From the NCBI GenBank assembly GCA_045837725.1, contig JBEWZL010000244.1, forward strand, positions 496,001 to 520,224: DNA of 24,224 nt. The letters are read 5' to 3'. The notes below the pieces were generated by a model. The model was not told where the DNA came from and ran no database searches. It saw nothing but the letters and a program-made list of their open reading frames with translations. Shown here piece by piece: positions 12,101 to 21,344 of the stretch. Both the position numbers and the translations under genes were made by a program. Position 1 is the stretch's first letter; every line of letters starts with the position of its first letter. The stretch comes from Vermamoeba vermiformis. Lineage: Eukaryota.

Positions 12101-13830
12101 CGAGCTCTTTTATGAGGTCTATCGAGTGACTCAACAGAACAATGCACCGCTGTCACAGTTCGAAGCGCTGACAGTGGCTGCGTACTTACATTTTGCCAAG
12201 TCCAAATGTGATGTCAATGTTATCGAAGTTGGCATGGGAGGCAGAGACGATGCAACAAACGTCTGCAGCTCACCCTTGATGTGCGTCATCACGTCGATTG
12301 GCTTGGATCACATGGCATTCTTGGGCAACACGCACGTGAAGATTGCCGAGAACAAGGCAGGAATCATTAAAACCGGTCGTCCTTGTGTCATATCAGGCAC
12401 TATTATCACCGAGGCTCGTGAAGCGATTGCCAAGTACGCTCACAATTTGAATGCGCCGTTGCACATCGTCAACTCTCCAGCCACGTTAATTGACGAGACA
12501 AGTCAGCTCGCAGAGTTCGAAGGCCTGAAATATCGGTTGCCGTTGCTTGGCGAGCATCAATTGATGAACTCAGCATTAGCCATTACCGCACTGCGCTTGT
12601 TGAAAGACCACTCTTCGAGCATGTTGTTCAACCTGACTGATGACGATATCGCCAATGGCATGTACCGAGTGCGATGGCCTGCAAGGTTGCAATTCATCGC
12701 GTGGAACAACAAACGAGTGCTAATTGACGGTGCTCACAATGAAGAAGGAGGCAGAGCGTTGCGTCGCTTTATCAACAAATTGAAAGCTCCTGATGGCACT
12801 GCCATGAAGATCAATTGGATAATGGGAATGCTATCTTCCAAGGATCACAGCCAATTTTTCAAAGAGACATTAGCACCTGGAGACTCATTGACTATAGTCC
12901 CTGTTGCTCCGAACGTTGACTGGTTATTTACGGCAGATACAAATGTCCTTGTTCAAAAGGCACGAGACATCTGCCCGCAACTGCACGACGTTCACGAGCA
13001 CGCTAGTGTTTACGAGGCTTTGGACTATTTAACTGCAAGACAGGATAGCGATGACTTCAGTCACGCTGCTAATCGTCTAATCGTTGTTTCGGGCTCATTG
13101 CATCTGTGTGGCAATGTGCTGGCTAAGGCGCTTGGTTTCTCATTGCTGGAAACAATGCTGTACGATCCAAAGCTTCAAAACGGCTCGATATTCCTTCTAC
13201 CTGAACATCTTGCTCGACTGACTTCCTCAGCTCAGTACTTCAATATTCCCGTCAACGCAGCAAAGATTCAACAGCAGCTGGCTGCTATTGCTTGCACTTG
13301 GCATACACCAAAGAGAGTCCGCCTGTTAGTGCACCCACAGCGCAACAACGAAGTCGAAATTCAAGCGCACGATGTTATCTACGACTTCGATCAGTTTCCT
13401 CCATCAAGACTAAAGCTAGCGACAAGGGCTATCTCCAAACGCAACGTGTTCCTCTACCACAAAACAACACAGAGAGACGTGTATGAAAACGCCAAGCTTG
13501 ACACCCACAATTGTGGTATGTGACTACAGTATAGTTTAACTCGAGTCGAGTTATTCTTATTCTTCGACGACAGATGACGTTATCTTATACAACGAAGAAG
13601 GACTAGTTACCGAAACAACAATAGGCAATATAGCTGTCCGATTCAAGAATGACGCGGTGTGGTACACGCCACCCATCAGCTGTGGAGTGTTGCCGGGTTG
13701 CATGAGACAACGCATGCTCGACACCGCAGCTCTGACCGAACGCGTCATCACTGTGGACGAGTTGAAGACAGCCGAAGAAATTAAGCTGTTGAACTCTGTG
13801 CGTGGTACATGGGGTGGGGTCTTAAATTAA
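9171..13830 (+). CDS. Multifunctional folate enzyme: glutamine amidotransferase (PabA) + ADC synthase (PabB) + dihydrofolate/folylpolyglutamate synthase (FolC) + ADC lyase (PabC); ~1377 aa, 10 exons
   Basis: Exons 9171-9390, 9508-9579, 9631-9856, 9912-9967, 10024-10461, 10508-10837, 10887-11131, 11180-11499, 11546-13515, 13574-13830 total 4134 nt in frame. PabA: LLIDNYDSYTFNL, ISPGPG, GVCLGYQG, RYHS, FHPES. PabB: SSSPEKF, KPIKGT, ENLMITDLIRNDLG, FPPGSMTGAPK, RGIYSGAIG. FolC: IHVTGTNGKGS, FTSPHL, EVGMGGRDDATN, IDGAHN. PabC: HLARLTSSA, FLYHKTT, VTETTIGN, GVLPGCMR, NSVRG. The last few codons are uncertain (a further small intron is possible). Confidence 0.93.
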
Positions 13831-13939
13831 TGTGCTCAACGTGCTAGGTAATAACGTATATTTTATTTGATCTGTCGTACTAAATGCTGACCTTACAATC
13901 ATTAGTTATATTTGGCTCTTTCATTGGCTCCGCGTTGTC

Positions 13940-14690
13940 TTTCAGCATCTAACGAAGTTAGAAGAATATTATGGCAATAAACAAAACAATGTAAAAAAAC
14001 GACTGTTCCTTAAACGCGATAGAGCGATGACAGATTTGAGAGCACCTATGATGGGATTTGAAGCATGCATTGATTATAATACTCAATGGCTGCCATTTTT
14101 TCAATCATATTGATCTGAGAGGTGAATACCATTGCCTACAGTTATAGTGCTATAAATGTTGAAGTAAAAAGTTAAATACTTCGGTACCGAAAAGCTCCAG
14201 CATTCCATAGCCATTATGGTTGTTAATAGCAAGATTTGTCATGACTGACTAGAAGAGCTACGTGAATCTTGCTTCTTCTCTATCAAACCAGAGAAAGGTG
14301 AGGAGAGAGTGAACTGTGGTGTTGTTACACAATCAAATACTAATTAAACTCTGCGTGGACCAAAAACCCTGCCCATATGTGAAATCTCTTTCAAATCAGT
14401 GAGTAGGACATCAGAGCTTTATGGTGCATTGATAAATCAATTAGCACCTGATAATTTGCGTTAAGAGACCAATGCAAAACTCTGCAAGGAGACACTGTGC
14501 CCAAAGAGGGAGACCTACAAGCAGTCCTTGAGACAGAAAAGGCAATTGACCAAGAGGAGGAGGCAGCCTTCAACATTGACACAGCAATTGAAGACAACAA
14601 CAAGACCACACTATTAAAAATAAGATGTTTTATGCTAGAACATCAATGGGAAATGTATCGTGTAGTGTCTATTGTAATGTAATAAATTGT
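13940..14690 (+). pseudogene. Decayed, CpG-poor coding relic of unknown origin
   Basis: Protein-like stretches broken by frequent TAA/TAG/TGA; about 6 CpG in 14041-14660 by eye, whereas neighbouring genes are CpG-rich; one residual donor (AAG|GTGAG near 14298). Confidence 0.35.
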
Positions 14691-14979
14691 CCCAAAGCGT
14701 GACGCCAACTTCTTCACAGTCCCTCTGGCAGCTTCAATGGCAAGCGTGCAACACAAATTCGAGCCGTTTGCTTACCGTGCGTGAGCACTTGCCGCCAAAT
14801 TTTTTGGATGTGGTCACCCGCCCTGCCAAAATTTTTGGGTGTGCACTCAGCCCGCCAAAACTCACGTCCCTAATCATCATTAATATACCTTTGGGGTTAA
14901 GGTTAAAGGTTGAGGGGTGAAGAGTCCCTGATTGTATGACGTAAAATAAATGAGTTAGTAGAAGTTTATACTCAGTCAA

Positions 14980-15459
14980 AGCATCCGAACTTCGGATGGT
15001 CAAAAACCAGCTTTGAATAACTGATAGCTAGATAGTTAGAGGCATCCGATGTTCGGACGGTTATAACCAGCTATGTACTTCTAATAGCCCATATTCTCCA
15101 ACAAGGGCATCCGATGTTCGGATGGTCTAACAAGTAGCTACAAAAACCTAATAGCTCATTTTTGAATGCATAGGCATCCGATGTTCGGATGGTCTAACAA
15201 GTAGCTACAAAAACCTAATAGCTCACTTTTGATTACATAGGCATCCGAAATTCGGATGGTCTAAAAGTAGCTACAAAAACCTAATAGCTCACTTTTGAAT
15301 GCATAGGCATCCGAAGTTCGGATGGTCTAAAAGTAGCTACGAAAACCTGATATCTCATTTTTGAACGTATAGGCATCCGAACTTCGGATGGTCTATAAAG
15401 TTGCCTGAAAAAGTTAAAGTCTCATTAGAAGGCACAGGCATCCGAAATTCGGATGGTCC
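14980..15459. repeat. Tandem array of 8 palindromic units, period 61-67 bp
   Basis: Core GGCATCCGA-NN-TTCGGATGGTC at ~14980, 15041, 15106, 15173, 15240, 15306, 15372, 15437. Inner linkers are near-identical (AAGTAGCTACAAAAACCTAATAGCTCA); outer linkers are diverged. Confidence 0.95.
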
Positions 15460-15527
15460 AGTTATTTACATATTAGTAGTTAAATGTACTTTATTTATTA
15501 GAAAACAAAGTTAATACAAAAATCAAT

Positions 15528-18029
15528 TTACTTTTTACCTGCTGCTGCTTTAAGGTAATTTAAGGAGTCTTCTCTCTCCTTCTTCGCTTTGCGGCGCTTG
15601 TAATTTGCCAGATCCAGCTTTAAGTGCTGCATCACTTGGCCAGACCCATTGTGATGCATCTCATATACCAAGAACATGTCTCGGGGCATGACTGTCTCAC
15701 GTCTGGCATGGATGGCAGCAAGCTGGGCCATTGCAAAAACATCGCTGATGAAGTACTCAGCACCAAATTGAATAGCCTCCATGGCCGATTTCTGCCAGCG
15801 GATTTCTTCGCGTAGCTCAGGAGGTACGAGGTCCAAAGTGACCTCACGGACGAGTAGCTGAAAGGCTCGTCGACTGATCATGAGCCCTTCTTCGTTTTTG
15901 TAATGTTTCATTTCTTTCATAACTAAAAACATTAAAATTAGCCAAAAAGAATATAGCCGTAAATGTGCAACTTACACTGAGCCCGTTGATGATCTTTCAA
16001 CTCTTTTTTTTGGCTCGGCGACAGGGGCCTGTTTCGCTTCTTCGTTTTCAACAAGTCGTGTTTTTGTCGCTGGAAAACCCTGGCCTTAACAGCTTTTGGC
16101 AACGCCACCACCGGCTCGGATTCGAGGGTAAAATTGTCCTCGGGCTCGTCCTCTTGAATATCATCCTTGTCAATGCTCAGCTGCAACTTTGGCTTTGGAT
16201 AAACCGGATTATCCACTGCTTCGTGGAAAGGAAGCACCCTCTGTCCAAATTCCTGCGTGCTGAACAGATCGAAACTGCGGCGACTTTCCTCACTGGACTC
16301 GCTGGCCTCTTCGTCGGAAACGATGACTCTTGTTTTCTAACAATTTGTTAGTTTCGGTATATACTTTACATTACGGCAAACTTACCTTCTTGGGCCTTGG
16401 GTTGGCATCTTCATCGTCCGAGTGCTTGCGTTTACCAAGTGATTGATCTTCGTACTCGGAGACCTGCTCTTTTTTGTTAGCAACGCGTGTTTACGAATTA
16501 ATTGTCTTACCTCATCACTTGGAACTGGGGTGTTATTGTTCTTCCCCTTGCCCTTCTTTTTCTTCTTCGGGCTTGGCGCCGCACCCTCTGTACCATCACC
16601 AGCACCATCCTCCGTGGTCTTTGAGCTCTTTGATTTTTTGGTGGTAGCACTACCCGCCTTTGATTTTTTAGGAGTTGACGTGGCACTATTTGTCTACGAT
16701 TTAAAAATCAGCTATCTCCGCCCAATAGCCATTATTTAAACATACCTTTTGCGCCTTCGATTTTTTGGGAGTTGACGTAGCACTATTTGCCTTCAATTTT
16801 AAAAATCAGCTATAGTCGCCCAATAGCCATTATTTAACCATACCGTTTGTGCCGTATTCTCAACCTCGGGCTCTCGGTCACTGGGTTCGACTGGGACCTC
16901 CTAAAGTAAAAGGTTATATAAAAACTATGCCAAATAAATACGCACCACCTGTTCTTCAACCTCATCCATGTTTTCGTCGGTGATGGGAGGTGTTGGTGCT
17001 CGGGCAAGCACCTGTGTCGCGTCAGGGTCCGCACTTCCCAGCTCCACCTCAGGGTCCGCACTTTCACGCTCCGATGCCCCGCGAATGATTTGCGTAGCAT
17101 CAGGGTCCTCTGAATTGCCTTCTTCTTCTTGCTGGCCCCTCTCCAAACTCTGGCGATCAGAAGCCTCTTCCCCCGATTGGTGGCTCTGTTCACCATTGGC
17201 AGTGCCACCCGTTGTAGCCTGACGAGCATTACGTGATGGTCGTCTACGGTTAGATCTGCGCTTTGCTGGCGACAGTGACGGCTGTGGATTGGCACCGGCT
17301 TTGCCTTTTACTGGCGTCGGAGGCGGAGCCTTGCCTTTCGCTGACGATGGTGGCGGCGGCGATTTGGCACCAGTCTTGCCCTTTGCCGACGATGGTGACG
17401 GCGACGGCGACGGTGGTGGATTGGCACCGGTCTTGCCCTTTGCTGGCGGTGCTTTGGCGCTAGCCTTTCCCTTTGCCGGCGATGGTGGATTGGCACCGGT
17501 TTTGCCTTTTACTGGCGTCGGAGGCGGAGCCTTGCCTTTTGCTGACGATGGTGGCGGCGGCGATTTGGCACCAGTCTTGCCCTTTGGCGATGCTTTGGCC
17601 GGTGCTTGGCGAATTAAGACGCTAACCGGATCAGTTAGCCGTTAAAATTAATTACAATTTATTAAAAAATAATTACCTGGTAGTTCCTGCTTGCAATACA
17701 CCCGGGGCCCTAATATAAGCGTCAGCGTCGTGCTTTTTATGTAAATAAAATTGTACTTACCTTCTTTGTCGTGGAGAACTACGAGTATTGCCAGATCTAC
17801 GAAATTAAAAATTAAGTAAGCAATTAGAATAAATGATTTCGTTGTAAATATTCTTTCTCATATTTAAAATAAAAATATAATTTAATTTACTTACGTTTCT
17901 GGCTGTTGATCTGCGTCGTTTTTGGATGCGTTCTTATCTCCGGACCTACTCAAATAATTAGTCCCGTATTATATATGTATAACGTCCTGTTTAAACTTAC
18001 TTTGATTTGCTACCCTTAGATTTGGGCAT
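15528..18029 (-). CDS. Giant histone H3 variant (CenH3/CENP-A-like), ~647 aa, 11 exons
   Basis: Exons 18029-18001, 17945-17895, 17796-17761, 17709-17677, 17621-16946, 16900-16844, 16790-16746, 16693-16511, 16463-16386, 16336-15976, 15922-15528 join with consistent phases (1944 nt). The last exon is an H3 fold: KEMKHYKNEEGLMISRRAFQLLVREVT...RWQKSAMEAIQFGAEYFISDVFAMAQLAAIHARRETVMPRDM. Confidence 0.85.
17260..17600 (-). repeat. Coding repeat in H3-variant tail (AKGKTGA-K/N-Pro/Ser-rich units)
   Basis: A ~100-bp block at ~17285-17385 recurs at ~17486-17586; about eight KGK units are embedded in Pro/Ser runs. Confidence 0.85.
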
Positions 18030-18104
18030 TGCGTTTGTGGTATTCAGTTACACGAGCGAAAGTAAAATCTCATTTTTTATTTCTCCTTTTAGACACGACA
18101 ACGC

Positions 18105-19176
18105 ATGGAAAAAGACGATACAATGTAAGTAAATATTCGTATCGATATTATTTACTGCACAAGACTTTATTTTTGTTTGAGTAATTAAAATTTTCGCGAT
18201 CCGAAATTAAAATAATTTTAACACAAAACAAATCGATCCAAAATATTTAAATATTATTAATTTATTTGCTTTTAACGCAAATAACAATTAAAAATATTTT
18301 CTAAGATTAATTGATTTGGACTTCGTGTTGAACAAGTCCACGCAACATCTGCTGGCAACTAGCGCCGGTGTAAGCAAAATTACCGGCATCGCTGTGCCGA
18401 CGGTCAAGAAGTACGCGCTTCAAGGCATAGGTACGATTACGTTTCTAAAACTCAGCTACTCAGATCTAATAGCCTCTTTAGGAAAAAAACTTGCCGCCAA
18501 CGAGCTAGACTCTTCGATGGAGATCCATCGGAGCAAATTAGAGGGCTATTGGTTCGACTTGCCCGCGATAAACGCTGCTATCGCTAATTAAAGTAAAAAT
18601 CCCGAAAAACAAGCAGCTGTTGGTAATGCAGTAAGTGCCCGCTAAGTAAATTTACGAACTAACGCGACCTCAGGGCTGCACTTAGTACTCGTGGATTGGA
18701 CGGTTTGTTCAAGGTCGTGCTCGACGAATCCACACAATGTCTGAAGGTATGAACATAATTAATATTATTTAAAATATTAATCTCGTTCGTCAAAGTTGGT
18801 TCGCTTCGACGAGAACATCGAGGCAATATCCGCAAACGACCCCAAGCTGCTTAGCTCTGCCGATTTGAGATGGCAGACAGCCAAGGAACAGTTGATGCGA
18901 GGCATGGACAAGTTCCCCGTTTGGCTGAATGCCATCTCAAGCAGGTACGGGATTGATGTAAACGATATCCCAGCACCTGAAAAGGAGGCAGACACTGTGC
19001 CCTTCGTGAATCTATTCAACACGTACTACTTTTTAAAAGCCCATGATGACGCCGAGGCGAGCCCCGAGACGAAGACAGAAGAACAAATCGAGGACGTTAC
19101 AACCGATGGATCGGACGGATCGGATAACTCCAGTGATAGCGAGGATGTTATTGAAGACGATTTTATTATCGATTAA
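18105..19176 (+). CDS. Orphan protein with N-terminal HTH-like motif and acidic tail; apparent 1-nt frameshift (pseudogene or sequence error)
   Basis: ATG 18105; donors at 18125, 18431, 18631, 18747 with matching acceptors. TSAGVSKITGIAVPTVKKYA is HTH-like. The frame stops at 18589-18591, but a shifted frame (IKVKIPKNKQLLVMQ|AALSTRG...) splices correctly into the downstream exons and ORF 18796-19176. Confidence 0.55.
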
Positions 19177-20682
19177 TTAAATACCTGCTCAATACACTTT
19201 TGTAGAAAATAAATTTTCCGAGCCCTACCACTTGTTCGGGTATTTCCTCTTCCTTTGGCATTCCTCTGCTCAGTGCTGCGCGAAGGTATTTCTTCGTCGC
19301 GATGGCGCGAAGGAGACTTGGGTGGCTCTTTGTTTCGCAGCAATATCTCTGAGCAGGGTCGTAGCTTGATATTCTTAAACGACAAGTTAGCCAACTACCG
19401 ACCTATGCTAGTGCACGTACCTGTTTCTCGGGAGACTGTAATGCAAGGTGCTTGTCGACCCAACCCCACCATGCGTAGGGCCCAACCCAAAGAGTTAGCA
19501 AGTTGCTGCGTGGAACTTGCTTGACTTGCCATGAAGATGGCAGTTCCGCTATCTCGGTCTCCGTCAAAGAGGGAACGAAGACCGTAGTCTTGGTCTTCGT
19601 TATCCTCATGTGGCTGGCTCCTGCCTTGGTAAGATTCGCTGAGAGGAGAACTACTGGGACACGCTGGCCTTCGATTGTGACGGTGTGCGCTCGGTAGACC
19701 TTCAAGAAGATGGCGCGGAAGGACAACCACTCGCGCTCGTCGTATTTTGTAGGTGGGACGTAGGGACGCTGGCCGACATAATTGAGCATGAAAGTGAAAT
19801 ATTTCTGGACTAATGCAACTATCTGGGGCAACAAGCCTCGGTCTACAACCACTTGTCGAAAATTTGCCCACGGACGAATACCTATCCCGTGTTGGTTATA
19901 AACTGGCTATTGATATCCAATAGCTTGATTTTGACTTACCGGTGTACAAGTAGAACCAGAAGCTAATTTCGCTCAGGGAGTAGTTTCCAATCCCGTTGAA
20001 CAATGACTGATTCAACAGTACATCTGCCAATGTTGCTTTCTAATAAAAAAAGTCAGCCTACATTAATACATTGTTTGTTGCATTGGTCAGACTTACGCTG
20101 TAGTATTTGTCATTCTCTTCATCCACCAACGATCGCGACAAATAGTCGAGCAGCTCGCCATCCAAGCAGTGTGGCCCACGCATCGCGTCGAACGGATCGT
20201 CTCTCTCCAAAGTCCAACGATAGCTAACTTGATTCTGCTTCGTGTGGCAATCGAGAATGAAGATGCATCTGTCTCCACGCAACTCGAAGCAGGCGTTGCA
20301 TCGATCTTTTAGCGGTGTTTGATAGCGTTCCGCTAAAGCACCAACGTGAAACGCCGCTCCAGTGCCCATACCAAGTACCAAAGAGCCGCTGTGGCATACG
20401 ATCGCAATTTCCTTCCCACGGCAGAGCACCTAATTTACTAATTAATACAAAGAACGTAAAATCAAATAAAAACTTACTTTGTTTATCTCCAAAGGCAAGC
20501 ACTTCTTCATTTCACGCAGTTGCTCGTCGGCAGATTCGAGAGGCAGTACCTTCTCGATGGTCTCGATCGTGGATCCTATCACTGAAACCGCGTTAGTAAT
20601 AATTGTGCCAAAATAAAATATTACAGTTACCGCAAGATCGAAGGTGTCGTGCGAAGGCTTCTATTTCTGGGAGCTCGGGCAT
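19173..20682 (-). CDS. Fpg/Nei family (endonuclease VIII / NEIL-like) DNA glycosylase/AP lyase, ~416 aa, 6 exons
   Basis: Exons 20682-20631, 20581-20478, 20429-20097, 20039-19940, 19881-19421, 19373-19173 (1251 nt in frame). N-terminal MPELPEIE catalytic motif, RGKE, LGMGT, RGPHCL, and H2TH motif LLNQSLFNGIGNYSLSEI. Confidence 0.85.
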
Positions 20683-21344
20683 CTACCAAACAATAATATC
20701 AATGTAAGGCACGGTCGTCGTTAACTGCCAATCGCATCCGGTTGAACCGTTGGACGAAAAGCAGCAAGATCTTGTGACAGATGCTGGAATCCGGCTTTTC
20801 TCTGGGTGAACCGTTGAGAAAAGAATGTGCGTGCGCGGTTTGATGGAAACCAGCTGCACGCACACTCTAAAAAGCCGGGTGAAGACCGGAATGAACCGTT
20901 GTCTTCGATCATCTCGAGATTGAATGCGCGGTTCGATGAGAACCAGCAACACTCTACTCGATGCCATGCACCTTTTAATAAATCGTGCAGCCACGTGAGG
21001 CTACTCCGAGCAGGACCACCACATAGCACAACCAGTTTTCCAGATGTGCGTGCGTAATCCGGCTCCAAATATTTTTTATTTTATTAACTATTATTTGATT
21101 AAAGTTATTATTATGCAAATACTTTTTTTTGAACACTTACGTATTTTTCACTCGTTGTGGTGTCGCTAACGGTAACTTGAGTGAATGAACACGTGCGTAA
21201 AAACAAAAAAGGAAACAAAAAATGTCGGCCAAAAAATCTTGGCTAAAAAATCTTGCGCGAAAAATCTTGGCCAAAAATTGTCGGCCAAACCAATCAGCGC
21301 CAACAATCCGTCCAATCAATATGAACAACACAAATCACGCGAAG

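Noticed and set aside
7151-13830. Bacterial operon or contamination (prpC, pab, folC)
   Set aside because: Both genes are split by many canonical spliceosomal introns, and the synthase has a PTS1.
9171-13830. Several separate or frameshifted pab genes as suggested by the ORF track
   Set aside because: The breaks are explained by nine GT-AG introns that restore one continuous frame.
14893-14918. Telomere-like GGGGTTAAGGTTAAAGGTTGAGGGG
   Set aside because: Too short and degenerate to call an interstitial telomere.
14980-15459. Bona fide CRISPR array
   Set aside because: Inner spacers are near-identical to one another, the context is eukaryotic, and no cas genes are present; treated as a palindromic tandem array.
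16443-17645. Plus-strand Gly/Phe/Leu-rich repetitive ORFs (e.g. 17289-17645)
   Set aside because: Antisense of the Pro/Lys-rich histone tail; splice signals all point to the minus strand.
20683-21068. ORFs 20721-21068 and 20683-20994 as Nei N-terminal exons
   Set aside because: Fpg/Nei needs Pro2 at the N-terminus, and an in-frame TAG directly precedes the ATG at 20682.
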